From the IMG/VR virus record IMGVR_UViG_3300044719_000048, positions 125,545 to 189,544 of that record: 64,000 nt of DNA; one strand, given 5' to 3'. The stretch is from a virus (Duplodnaviria > Caudoviricetes). The notes below the pieces were generated by a model, which saw nothing but the letters and a program-made list of their open reading frames with translations, was not told the DNA's origin and made no database searches. Of this stretch, positions 54,615 to 63,991 are shown piece after piece (position 1 is the stretch's first letter; every line of letters begins with the position of its first letter). A program made the translations under genes and the position numbers.

Positions 54615-55096
54615 ACCAAGTGAATCTGCAAGAAATCAAAGACAGCATGGAGAAGGGCGTAATCGTGAGTCGACCAGCTTGGGTCGCTGTCGTGGAGCGC
54701 GCCCTTGTGCTGGAGGATCAGCGTCATCGGATGGCGCGCCTGATTGTCGAGAAGCTGAAGCCTCGCTTTGTCGCAGGTACTACCGGCGTGTGGCAGTGCC
54801 AATGCTGTACCGTCGAGGTCATAGCCGGCCCGGACGAAGCGCCCGAGATGACTCACGACCGCGGCTGTGAATACGTGGAGGCCTACAGGGCCTATGAAGC
54901 CGCCACTGTCCAGCACAGCGGTAATCGGGCATTCCGAATCGATGCCTCAGCGGTTCTCGCAAAGAACCGCTGGGACAGCGAATCAGTGGAGGCACGCTTC
55001 CACAAGCGCATTGTGTTCCTGACGAAGCGCGAGCAAGGCAAAGTTATGGGCGCGTTCCGCGACGCGATCAAAGAGGCCCAAGAGAGTCAATCATGA
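54611..55096 (+). CDS. hypothetical protein
   Basis: CQCC...H...C; coupled ORF. Confidence 0.6.
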   Translation: MNQVNLQEIKDSMEKGVIVSRPAWVAVVERALVLEDQRHRMARLIVEKLKPRFVAGTTGVWQCQCCTVEVIAGPDEAPEMTHDRGCEYVEAYRAYEAATVQHSGNRAFRIDASAVLAKNRWDSESVEARFHKRIVFLTKREQGKVMGAFRDAIKEAQESQS

Positions 55097-55284
55097 GTGG
55101 TTCACTCGAAGACGCAAAGTCAATATTGGAAGAACTGATCGAAAGTTCTTCAACGTCCGAACAGGCCACGCCGAGCGGTTACAGATGGGTGTGCTCCTAC
55201 TGCTCTCAGCCTACCACTGAGCACGATGACACCTGTGTTGTAAAGAGGGCGCAAGACTGGCTCTCCCAAGCCAAGGAGATTTAG
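55093..55284 (+). CDS. small Zn-finger protein
   Basis: CSYC...H...C. Confidence 0.6.
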   Translation: MSGSLEDAKSILEELIESSSTSEQATPSGYRWVCSYCSQPTTEHDDTCVVKRAQDWLSQAKEI

Positions 55285-55285
55285 A

Positions 55286-55585
55286 ATGCAATCCATCCTT
55301 TTGCTGACGCGCGACATCATTCGCTGCACCAAAGTCGTATTGACCGACATCACCTTTTGTCCGAATGTGGACATTGCAACGCAGAAGCTCAGGCCGTTCT
55401 TCACGGCTATTCTCGCAGAGATAAATCCCTCAGAGAAGGACAGGCAAGAGAACACCGACAAGATTTTCCTGTACATATCAGAAGACTTCTCCACCGCTCG
55501 TGTGGATCTCATCCCGCATGAGTCACGCGACTGGGTGACAGATAAATTGTCTTCGTTCGATCTGACCTACTATGTACCAAGCTAA
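55286..55585 (+). CDS. hypothetical protein
   Basis: AAGGAG SD. Confidence 0.65.
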   Translation: MQSILLLTRDIIRCTKVVLTDITFCPNVDIATQKLRPFFTAILAEINPSEKDRQENTDKIFLYISEDFSTARVDLIPHESRDWVTDKLSSFDLTYYVPS

Positions 55586-55594
55586 GGAAGGAAC

Positions 55595-56050
55595 ATGCGT
55601 CTTACTGAAACCTATGTATCGGATCTCGAGGACACTCTCAACAAGATTGCGCAGGCCGTAGGCTGTCCTGTGCATGACCCTGACGCGCTGATCCGCCGCG
55701 TCAAGTACACGGCAGCTGCTGCGGCGTCGGCCTTCTCATCTATCGATGACGAGTCGATCCGAAGGGCTTTTGAGCGCCAGCGGTCCAAAGACCCAGGCGC
55801 TGCCCAGCGTTCGTATCCTCGTCTTCCTGACGGTGAGTACGAATCAAGTCTCCTACAGTACGCGTGGGACGGTTTCCGAGAGGCTCTGCGGAAAGCCCTA
55901 TCGCTACTGGCCGACGTGAGCCTTCCTGAGGAGCAAGCGGTCCAGTGCCTGATAAGCCTGTGTATTCGCCTCGACATAGACGCTCCTCATGTCAAGGCCC
56001 TTGCTCCTTATGACATGCTCATTGCTGTCGTGCGCGAGCTGAGTAAATGA
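55595..56050 (+). CDS. hypothetical protein
   Basis: AAGGA SD. Confidence 0.65.
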   Translation: MRLTETYVSDLEDTLNKIAQAVGCPVHDPDALIRRVKYTAAAAASAFSSIDDESIRRAFERQRSKDPGAAQRSYPRLPDGEYESSLLQYAWDGFREALRKALSLLADVSLPEEQAVQCLISLCIRLDIDAPHVKALAPYDMLIAVVRELSK

Positions 56051-56084
56051 ATTATGCCGAATCCGGCTCTATCGAAAGACTACA

Positions 56085-56579
56085 ATGGAAAAGATTCTCC
56101 TTCTGGACTGGGATGGCCCGGTCTCGAATTCCCGCACCTGGAAGATGCCGGGCTGCGTGGACCCCGTAGCAATCCAGCTGCTGAACGACGCCACGAAGAC
56201 CGGCTGGAAGACCGTGTTGACCTCCACGATCCGCACGCACTTCGACACTGTTGGGGAAGCCACAAAATTCATGAACCTGTTGGGCTTCAATGTCGAATGG
56301 TTCAAGGAATGGCGCACGAACCCTAACTTCAAGGCCAGACGTCACCTGGAAGTCCTACAATGGATGTCTGACACAGAGCTGCATGATGACGCGATCTTTC
56401 TCATCGTCGATGACGAAGAGTTCCCGTACGAAGTACGAGAGAAGGGCCACATGATTCAAATCCATGCCTCTGCACACGCAGGCATCGGCTTCGCCAGCAT
56501 CGCCGAAGCCTACCACATCTTCGAGATGAACAATACCCAGCTGGCCGAGCGCTTCAACCTTTCAACGGACTTTCCATGA
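56085..56579 (+). CDS. HAD-domain protein (RNA-repair-associated HAD-like)
   Basis: LLLDWDGPV, VLTST, LIVDDE. Confidence 0.75.
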   Translation: MEKILLLDWDGPVSNSRTWKMPGCVDPVAIQLLNDATKTGWKTVLTSTIRTHFDTVGEATKFMNLLGFNVEWFKEWRTNPNFKARRHLEVLQWMSDTELHDDAIFLIVDDEEFPYEVREKGHMIQIHASAHAGIGFASIAEAYHIFEMNNTQLAERFNLSTDFP

Positions 56580-56962
56580 ACCGCGACATTCTGCAAGACC
56601 TCAACACGCTGCGTCCACTCATCGCCCAGCTTCGTGCTGGCGAAATCAGTGCAATCGAGTTCGGTGACCCTGAGGTGCCGAAGGGCTTCATGAGTCATCA
56701 CCGCATACGTATCATCGCTACGCCTGCTGGTAGTCAGGTCTGCTTCAAGTACATATCGCGAGGCATGGAAGGCTCCGGCGATTACATGGGTGATGCCACC
56801 GACCGCGAGATCGAGATTCGAGCACAGAGCTACCTCGAACGTTACTTCGCAACCCCTCCGTTCTGGTACGACGGTAACAATGCAGGTCGGCGCGCATTAC
56901 TACAGAGGCTGCGCGAGACGCGGTCAAACGACAAACTCACGTACTTCGGCATCAAGGACTGA
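56576..56962 (+). CDS. hypothetical protein
   Basis: ATGA coupling. Confidence 0.65.
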   Translation: MNRDILQDLNTLRPLIAQLRAGEISAIEFGDPEVPKGFMSHHRIRIIATPAGSQVCFKYISRGMEGSGDYMGDATDREIEIRAQSYLERYFATPPFWYDGNNAGRRALLQRLRETRSNDKLTYFGIKD

Positions 56963-57102
56963 CTATGCTCATCCTAATTTCTGGAGAATATCCAGGGCAT
57001 AAGGAAGGCGCCCCAAGAGCACGCGCCGCAACATGCGGTGGATCGGGGAGGACGCTGTCTTCGCCAATCATCTTCCTCACCCAAATGATCTGAGAGGTTA
57101 AC

Positions 57103-57375
57103 ATGGGCGAAACTATCCGACGCGAGACCACAGACGACCAAGATTTCTGGCCGCGTGACACTGAGACGAAAATCTACAGAGGGGCAGGAATGTTCTCATC
57201 CCCTCTTGACGAGTTGATGGAATTGGCTAAGAAGAAATGGCCTGATGCTGAGCCGATGGACATACAGGTCAACGTAGCGCACGGTAAGTATCTCATGCTC
57301 GAATACAAGCCAGTGCCTGAGCAAGAGAAGATCTGGCGCAAGAAACAGGAGGCAGGTCATGGAAACCTATCGTAA
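57103..57375 (+). CDS. hypothetical protein
   Basis: GAGG SD. Confidence 0.6.
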   Translation: MGETIRRETTDDQDFWPRDTETKIYRGAGMFSSPLDELMELAKKKWPDAEPMDIQVNVAHGKYLMLEYKPVPEQEKIWRKKQEAGHGNLS

Positions 57376-57592
57376 GGTAGGTGAGACAGTCAGTGTGCTC
57401 GTTGGCGAAGGGAGCCAGTTGGCCAAGGCCTTAGCTGCGCCAGCCAAAGTGGCTGCGTCACTAGCACGTGACGTGTACGACGAAACAACCAAGAGGTTCG
57501 TCGCCCTTTATGGCGCGGAAGACGCTGAGTGGTTCATGAACTGGTCCCCCCCCTCTCACGTAAAGGAGCAACCATGGCCGTTGAATACGTAA
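57359..57592 (+). CDS. hypothetical protein
   Basis: GGAGG SD. Confidence 0.6.
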   Translation: METYRKVGETVSVLVGEGSQLAKALAAPAKVAASLARDVYDETTKRFVALYGAEDAEWFMNWSPPSHVKEQPWPLNT

Positions 57593-57634
57593 GGCCCAAC
57601 AGCATCTGGACCTCGGTCAAGCAAAGGTCGAACA

Positions 57635-58048
57635 ATGACTCGCATCAATGTAATAGACCCAGCTGAGCTGCTCAATCTTCATCTGCTGGCCGAATACCGG
57701 GAGCTTCCACGGGTCTTCACGCTGGCAGCGAAAGCCTCTAAGAACGAGGCGTGGCGCAAGAGGCAGCCGAAAGCCTACACCTTCGGACCAGGTCACGTCC
57801 TGTTCTTCTACGACAAACTCAAGTGGTTGTCACGTCGCCATAAGCAGTTGGTCCGAGAGCTCAAGAAGCGGGGCTACAAACCGCAGTACACCGAAAGCCT
57901 GACCGTCAAATGGCGTGACCAGATCCCTGCGTCTTACTGGCGCGACTATAAACCGACCGAAGAGGCGGTGGCTCTGAACTGGGAGCGCATTCACCAGCGC
58001 ATGAAAGGCAAACGCTGGTGGGTCAAAGACGTGCCCTTCATCACCTAA
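57635..58048 (+). CDS. denV: pyrimidine-dimer DNA glycosylase (T4 endonuclease V)
   Basis: MTRIN, HLLAEYRELPRVF, GHVLFFYDKL. Confidence 0.93.
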   Translation: MTRINVIDPAELLNLHLLAEYRELPRVFTLAAKASKNEAWRKRQPKAYTFGPGHVLFFYDKLKWLSRRHKQLVRELKKRGYKPQYTESLTVKWRDQIPASYWRDYKPTEEAVALNWERIHQRMKGKRWWVKDVPFIT

Positions 58049-58060
58049 CCAAGGAACAAC

Positions 58061-58315
58061 ATGCTGCTGAAAATCTCGCCCACCAAGGCCTTCCGTATCG
58101 AACTCATTCGCATGGAGACCAAAGGTCCTGTGTACCTGTCCATCCGGCAGATGTACGCCACCAAGAAGAACCCCGACTACAAGCCCGGACGCCAAGGTCT
58201 GACAATTCCCGTCGAAGACGGCCAAGCCCGCAAGGTCATCAAAGGCTTGATCAAAACCCTCAAGAACGAGAAGGGAGTGAAGCCCAAGCTCGTCGAGCGG
58301 AAGGAAAAAGAATGA
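58061..58315 (+). CDS. PC4/p15-like ssDNA-binding protein
   Basis: YLSIRQMY...YKPGRQGLTIP. Confidence 0.7.
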   Translation: MLLKISPTKAFRIELIRMETKGPVYLSIRQMYATKKNPDYKPGRQGLTIPVEDGQARKVIKGLIKTLKNEKGVKPKLVERKEKE

Positions 58316-58722
58316 CTGACTTCTGGAAATACCCGAACGAGCCGAAGGCTGTTGCAGAGCTAGAGGCGTCTACGCAGCATAAGGCTGAAGCGCTCGGCTT
58401 GTCGCGCGCGTTCTTTTCCGAGCAGCCGATCAAACCAACAGGCGAGATCGTGTGGACGCTTCAGAGCGAAGGTGCGCTTTTCGAGGTCGAACGTCTGATA
58501 ACACCTGTGCTGCGGGGCGCAGGCATGCGAACCCATCGCTTATGGCGCAACGGGCAGCCTGCGACCGGCCATCAGTGGTGCTACACACTAGCAGACGCCC
58601 AGTACTGGGCTGAGTGGATAGCAACACGGGATCTGAAGCTGCAGCTCTCTAAGCTGAAGACTCGCGTTCTCGAACTGGAGTCCAAACTCGCCCGTGAACG
58701 ATTCACTCCTCAACCATTCTAA
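58312..58722 (+). CDS. hypothetical protein
   Basis: ATGA coupling. Confidence 0.6.
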   Translation: MTDFWKYPNEPKAVAELEASTQHKAEALGLSRAFFSEQPIKPTGEIVWTLQSEGALFEVERLITPVLRGAGMRTHRLWRNGQPATGHQWCYTLADAQYWAEWIATRDLKLQLSKLKTRVLELESKLARERFTPQPF

Positions 58723-58730
58723 GGTCGAAA

Positions 58731-58931
58731 ATGAAGAAACCTGTGTTTGGAGTTACCATCTGGCGGTTGCCTGACCTGCTGGTGCACGCGTTCACGTGCA
58801 CGGCGTGGATTAACGACTCGTGGGTGCCGCGTCGTACCATCGGCCTCTACAGCATTCCGCATCGACTCAAAGCTGCGTGGCTGGTCTTCACAGGCAAGGC
58901 CGATGTTGTCGTGTGGCCTGCCGACCAGTAA
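58731..58931 (+). CDS. small hypothetical protein
   Basis: RLKAAWLVFTGKAD; AAGG SD. Confidence 0.6.
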   Translation: MKKPVFGVTIWRLPDLLVHAFTCTAWINDSWVPRRTIGLYSIPHRLKAAWLVFTGKADVVVWPADQ

Positions 58932-58963
58932 ATAGGTGCATCAATCACTCAAAGGAGCAACTA

Positions 58964-59251
58964 GTGAACTTGGCACTGGATTATGACGACACGTACACCC
59001 GAGACCCGGAGGCGTGGAACGATTTCATCAGCCTCATGCAGCAGCGGGGACACAACGTCTACTGCGTAACCATGCGCGCCTCAGCAGAAGGACGTGCAGT
59101 GAAGGAAGCACTGGACAATAAAGTCGATGGCATCTTCTTCACCGCACGCCGCGCCAAACGGGACTTCATGAACGCACGCGGCATCCAGATCGACGTGTGG
59201 GTGGATGACAGCCCGGCATTCGTTCTTATGGACGCGGCGAACGCAGCATGA
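58964..59251 (+). CDS. minimal HAD-like protein
   Basis: ALDYDDT, VTMR, WVDD; AAGGAG SD with GTG start. Confidence 0.75.
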   Translation: MNLALDYDDTYTRDPEAWNDFISLMQQRGHNVYCVTMRASAEGRAVKEALDNKVDGIFFTARRAKRDFMNARGIQIDVWVDDSPAFVLMDAANAA

Positions 59252-59610
59252 AGATCGCCGTCCTTCTTCTCGCAGTCTTGTTGGCGTCCTGCACTAAGGA
59301 GCGTACGCCCGAGCAAAAGGCGGTAGACAACCAGATGGCCCTCGATCATCCTGACGTGGTGGGTCGTCTGCCTGACGGACGGACACTCTATCATTCGGCA
59401 GTCCTGCTGGACGGTATGAACTACGCCCACCACATCTATTACGCAGGTTCTGATCTGACGGTCAACGTCGGCGGCAAAGCACCGACCGCGCGAGTGCTTC
59501 TCAGCGAACCCAAGAACATCGTCATCATCGACGGACAGCACTACGACGCGGACGAGGTCAAACAGGCACTCGTCCGCGACGAAGACCAACGACGCAAAGG
59601 AAGCAAATGA
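59248..59610 (+). CDS. predicted lipoprotein
   Basis: MKIAVLLLAVLLASC lipobox. Confidence 0.7.
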   Translation: MKIAVLLLAVLLASCTKERTPEQKAVDNQMALDHPDVVGRLPDGRTLYHSAVLLDGMNYAHHIYYAGSDLTVNVGGKAPTARVLLSEPKNIVIIDGQHYDADEVKQALVRDEDQRRKGSK

Positions 59611-60119
59611 ACATCGTTCTCGTGAATCTTCAACTGATCCACCCCAACCCTAAGGACGCGGCCGAAGACGGCCTCACCGTCGATCTGTGCTTCAACGAAG
59701 AGCCTACGAAGGAGGCACTCTTCTTGGTCTTCCAAGAAGTTCCTTCGATTCAGCACCACGAGTACTTTGAGGTCTACCGCAGGCGGCTCTTTGAGTGCTT
59801 GGAGACCTACGGTGTTCCGAAGCTCGACAAGTTTTCGATGATTACACCTGAAGGTGCGCCGATCACGGTACCTATGGTTTATGCCTTGTGGCACCTCAAC
59901 CTGGTGGCGCCGACGGGTACCGCGCTGGGTGTCCGTGTAGGCTCGATCCGAGTCAGCCGCCGTCTCGTGCATCAGGTTCATCCCGAAGTACACGACTCTG
60001 ATCCTGACAGCGATGCCACTAAGGAAAGTGGCGCAACCCTGACGACCCTCCGAAAGAACAGGGTCGAGCCATCCAGGCGAATCGCGAAGCCCCGCAAGAC
60101 CAAACCCACCAAGCCCTAA
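59607..60119 (+). CDS. hypothetical protein
   Basis: AAGGA SD; ATGA coupling. Confidence 0.65.
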   Translation: MNIVLVNLQLIHPNPKDAAEDGLTVDLCFNEEPTKEALFLVFQEVPSIQHHEYFEVYRRRLFECLETYGVPKLDKFSMITPEGAPITVPMVYALWHLNLVAPTGTALGVRVGSIRVSRRLVHQVHPEVHDSDPDSDATKESGATLTTLRKNRVEPSRRIAKPRKTKPTKP

Positions 60120-60133
60120 CCAAAGGAAAGACA

Positions 60134-60952
60134 ATGGCAAAACTCGCCCTCTGCATCAAACTCGCCGACGCACCCTCTGAAGTCATCGGTGCGTTCAAGC
60201 ACTCCGACACCGGCAGCCTGATTCCTATCAACTCGGAGTTCTGGAATACGCCTGTTCAACTGGTCGACCGCAGCATCTGCGAAACCGACGAATCGCTTCT
60301 GCAGCTGTTGCCTTACATCACGCTCGAAGACGAAGACAGTGCGTTCTTCATGTACACGCGCGGCGGTGGTGGTGAAGAGGCCCGCCTGCACGGCAACTAC
60401 AGTATCGGCGTCGGTGGCCACGTAGACATTGCGCCTGCCGAAGGCCAGACCCTCCTGGAAGTTCTGCAGGCAGAAGCCGCCCGTGAATATCTCGAAGAGA
60501 CCGGCCTGGTCGCCGATCCGTCGATGTTCACCATTACGCATTTCATCTGCGACCCCACCAACGCAGTCGGCCGCGTACACCTCGGCCTGCTCACGTCGCT
60601 GAAGCTCAGCGCAGATGATCGTGCAGCGTTGGGTTCCAAGCTGGAGGCCGGCGTAATCGAAAACACCTGCATGGCTCGTGCTCCCTACCTGCTTTCCACT
60701 GAGGTCTACGCTCGTCTGGAGAACTGGAGCAAGCTGATCGCCGACACGATGTTCAATCCGGAGACTGCTCAACCTGACGAGGCCAACGACAGCTCGTTCT
60801 CCTTCAACGAGCTGGGAGCTTCAGCGGAAGCGGAGGCTGCGCAAGGTGACGGCGAAGAAGACGATACCTGCTACGAATGCGATCTTCCAGCCGAGAACTG
60901 CGAGTGCCACCAAGGCGAAGAAGCAGGTGATTCCGGGGACGAGGGGCTGTGA
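60134..60952 (+). CDS. Nudix-family phosphoesterase with acidic, Cys-containing tail
   Basis: QLLPY, EARLHG..SIGVGGHV, AAREYLEETG, VGRVHLG. Confidence 0.8.
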   Translation: MAKLALCIKLADAPSEVIGAFKHSDTGSLIPINSEFWNTPVQLVDRSICETDESLLQLLPYITLEDEDSAFFMYTRGGGGEEARLHGNYSIGVGGHVDIAPAEGQTLLEVLQAEAAREYLEETGLVADPSMFTITHFICDPTNAVGRVHLGLLTSLKLSADDRAALGSKLEAGVIENTCMARAPYLLSTEVYARLENWSKLIADTMFNPETAQPDEANDSSFSFNELGASAEAEAAQGDGEEDDTCYECDLPAENCECHQGEEAGDSGDEGL

Positions 60953-61560
60953 TGAACATGCACTCCATTTACGTTGACCGCCGCCTGTTCCCGAAGGTTT
61001 CCGAGCTGACGATCCTCGATGCTTCGACAATCTTCGACTCACGCCTTAAGGGCGCCGAAGACGAACACGCGATTCGCCTCGACATCTACTCGGTAGTGTG
61101 GGACGGCAAGTCCGTTCTCGGCACTGATCAATCGTACATGATCGGCCGGCGCTTGCCTTCGCACAAAGGCGCAACGCGCTTGCGCCATGCATTGAGGCAG
61201 CACGTCAAGGCCTTCAACTACATCGTGTGCGACCCACAAGAGCCGAACGTCGTATCGCTCGTGGGGCCGTCTCCAGTCCCGCAGGGCTATGGCGAAGACT
61301 TCAAGCTCACGCTGGTGGAAGACCTGCTGGCGAGTGAGAAGTTCGCAACGCTCACGACGCCGACCAAGGCCGTCGTAGCCCTACTGAAGTTCGTGAGCAC
61401 CTATGATCCTAGCAGGATCGGTACCTATCTGCTGGGCCTCGGCAATGGGTGGACAATCGAGAGTGTGACGCCTTTCGGCGAGCCTGCCACGTTCTTCGTG
61501 CGCGAGGTATCGCCGGTCGTCAGTGAAGAACAGAATCCTGAGGGGGTACGAGATGAGTAG
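60949..61560 (+). CDS. hypothetical protein
   Basis: Coupled ORF. Confidence 0.65.
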   Translation: MMNMHSIYVDRRLFPKVSELTILDASTIFDSRLKGAEDEHAIRLDIYSVVWDGKSVLGTDQSYMIGRRLPSHKGATRLRHALRQHVKAFNYIVCDPQEPNVVSLVGPSPVPQGYGEDFKLTLVEDLLASEKFATLTTPTKAVVALLKFVSTYDPSRIGTYLLGLGNGWTIESVTPFGEPATFFVREVSPVVSEEQNPEGVRDE

Positions 61561-61741
61561 CGACGGAGACAAGCGGAAGGGCTTTGCGTCAATGACGCCC
61601 GACGAACGCAAGGTCATAGCGTCTCAGGGCGGTAAGACCGCGCACGCCCAGGGCAAGGCCCACAAGTGGACGACCGAGGAAGCCAGCGCGGCCGGTAAGC
61701 GAAGTGCCGAGGCCAGAAAGCGGGCTCGAGAGGAGAACTAA
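61553..61741 (+). CDS. KGG-repeat general stress protein (YciG/GsiB-like)
   Basis: GFASM...IASQGGK...WTTEEASAAGKR. Confidence 0.8.
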   Translation: MSSDGDKRKGFASMTPDERKVIASQGGKTAHAQGKAHKWTTEEASAAGKRSAEARKRAREEN

Positions 61742-61889
61742 ACCACCAGAGGGATTCATGCACCCTATTTTCATTGGGCTGGTAGCACTGGCCCTTATCT
61801 GCTCTCTGTTTCGGCATTTGCATCGGGGCCGGAACCCGGAGTTGTACCTTGCAGTTCATTCTTCAACCACTATAGTGAGATCGCATCAA

Positions 61890-62210
61890 ATGCAAATTCA
61901 AGCCAACATCAATACCACCCAGGTGTTCGACGTTATCGCTCTGGGCACCCAAGGCGAGAACATGAACGTTCCCGTGGACTTCGCGCTGTCCAACCCGGCA
62001 GTTGCAGACGCCGTGTTCGATCAGCAGGCCATGACGCTGACTCTGACCTTCAAGGCTCTCGGCACCTCCGATCTCGTGGAGACGGCTTCGGGCACGTCGA
62101 TCACGACCACGCACCAGATCACCGTCGTCGATGTCGTGGCTTCAGTCGACCTGCGTCCGCATGTGGAAACGGCGCCGACCTCAGCAGCCGACGTGCAGGC
62201 CGGTGCGTAA
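61890..62210 (+). CDS. Ig-like (Big_2-type) domain protein
   Basis: Beta-rich sequence; FALSNPAVA...ALGTS pattern. Confidence 0.55.
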   Translation: MQIQANINTTQVFDVIALGTQGENMNVPVDFALSNPAVADAVFDQQAMTLTLTFKALGTSDLVETASGTSITTTHQITVVDVVASVDLRPHVETAPTSAADVQAGA

Positions 62211-62232
62211 CCCAGTGCGTTAAGTAGTGCCC

Positions 62233-62258
62233 GAGGGAGCCCAGGTGGCTCCCTCTTG
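62233..62258 (+). terminator. probable terminator
   Basis: GAGGGAGCC-CAGGT-GGCTCCCTC followed by TT. Confidence 0.55.
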
Positions 62259-62314
62259 CATCTCTGTACCCAGTTCTGTTGGCCTCAATTTCAAAGAATC
62301 TTAACGAGGTGCTT

Positions 62315-63991
62315 ATGACTACGACACTACTGACTGCAAGCCGTGCAACCGCGTTTCTGGCGCTTATGTACGCGTGTTTTACCGAGCGTTACCAACATCC
62401 TCAGGGCAAGGCCGACGAGGCAACGACGCTGGAGATCTCCAATCTGGCGAAGGAGGTGCTGCCCGTTTGGGGACCCACTGTACCGGGTCTGCGTGATGTC
62501 CTGGTGGACATACTGAAAGGCCGGAACAAGGACGACGCTTTCCAGAAGCTGGGCTTAATGCTCAAGCAGCTAGTGCCGCAAGGCAAGGGTGACCGTGAAG
62601 TTCCGGCCCAGGAGCTAGAGCTCCTGCATGCCATCGGATCATATTTCCGTACCGGCAGCGAAAACATGGCGGCCAAACTCGTCAAGTTCGCTTCCCTCTC
62701 CAAGAATCCTTTCGTGGTTCAACGCCTTGCTCCCAAAGTGGGCGATCAGCAGTCCACCAAGGTGCAACTGGAGAAACTGGTCCAGAAGCTCGTGGGTCGC
62801 GACGACACTGCCATGACTCCTGATGAGGCAGCGCGGGTCCGCGATGTGAATCCAGACGCGTACAGGACCTATCTGGCGCTGCGCCGAGAGTTCAACCAAA
62901 GCTGGAAGGACGCGTTGGCCGCGTACGTCCGCAAGTCGGGCAAACACGTGGTGCCGTTCAAGGACGTCAACGAGTTCCTTCGCCTGAACGGTATCGACCA
63001 TATGCTGCCCGTCGGCTTTACCGGGTTGGTCGACGATCTCGGAAGGTTCTACACCAACAAAGGCAAGCTCATCGAGGGCGTGCCTTCCGCAGTGAACTTC
63101 CCTGCCGTGGAGATGAATCCCAACTATGGCAAGCCCGACGGTGGCGACTGGGTGTTCATGGCTAAACGCCCTGACGGTTCGGCAGGCCCTTATTTCTACA
63201 CGTCCGACTTCAAGAAGTCGCAGAGTGCCGCCAAGTTCGCCAAGGTCGGTGAGCTCGCCAAGAAGATCGATGGCATGCGTCGCAAGTGGCTGACTCAGGT
63301 CAAGAACTTCGACCCCGACAACGTGAATTCGGTCGCCGCAACCATCCTCGAAATCCTGTACGAGTTCAGTGCTCGCATCGGTAGTAGCGGCAACGCGGCA
63401 GCGGGCTCTGCAACGTTTGGCGTTGCTACTCTGCTGGTCAAGCACGCCACGATCACGCCTGATGGCTCTATCACTCTGCGCTATAAGGGCAAGGATGGAG
63501 TCCCCACGACGCACAAGATCACCGCACAGACGCCGGAAGGTCGTCTTCTCATTCGCAACCTCAACGATCTCATGGTCGGCAAAGGTCCTAAGGACCGTCT
63601 GTTCACGGTCAAGAAGGGCAACCGCTTGGTTGCAGTGACTCCGGCCCAAGTCAACCAGATGTTCAAGGCCTGCGGCGCTCCTGCCGACACGACGGTTCAC
63701 AAACTGCGGACCCTTAAGGGCTCCACTCTGTTCAAAGCCGCTATGGACGAACAGTTCGAGAAGCGGAAGCCCAAAGATGAGAAGCAGGCGATGGCACTGT
63801 TCAAAGCTCTTGCCGAGAAGGTGGGGAAAGCCTTGAACCACGTGCGTAATGGCGCGGGCGGTACGAAGGTTACTGGTGCGACGGCTTTGCAAGCCTACAT
63901 CGATCCGATGGTGCAGCTGGAGTACTGGAACACATTGGGTTTCCGTGTGCCCAAGTTCCTCGAAAAATTCGATCAGGCCTTGGCCGACTAA
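62315..63991 (+). CDS. type IB DNA topoisomerase with long N-terminal extension
   Basis: RIG, TFGVATL, YKGKDG, HKLRT, LNH and AYIDP catalytic set; GAGG SD before ATG 62315. Confidence 0.88.
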   Translation: MTTTLLTASRATAFLALMYACFTERYQHPQGKADEATTLEISNLAKEVLPVWGPTVPGLRDVLVDILKGRNKDDAFQKLGLMLKQLVPQGKGDREVPAQELELLHAIGSYFRTGSENMAAKLVKFASLSKNPFVVQRLAPKVGDQQSTKVQLEKLVQKLVGRDDTAMTPDEAARVRDVNPDAYRTYLALRREFNQSWKDALAAYVRKSGKHVVPFKDVNEFLRLNGIDHMLPVGFTGLVDDLGRFYTNKGKLIEGVPSAVNFPAVEMNPNYGKPDGGDWVFMAKRPDGSAGPYFYTSDFKKSQSAAKFAKVGELAKKIDGMRRKWLTQVKNFDPDNVNSVAATILEILYEFSARIGSSGNAAAGSATFGVATLLVKHATITPDGSITLRYKGKDGVPTTHKITAQTPEGRLLIRNLNDLMVGKGPKDRLFTVKKGNRLVAVTPAQVNQMFKACGAPADTTVHKLRTLKGSTLFKAAMDEQFEKRKPKDEKQAMALFKALAEKVGKALNHVRNGAGGTKVTGATALQAYIDPMVQLEYWNTLGFRVPKFLEKFDQALAD

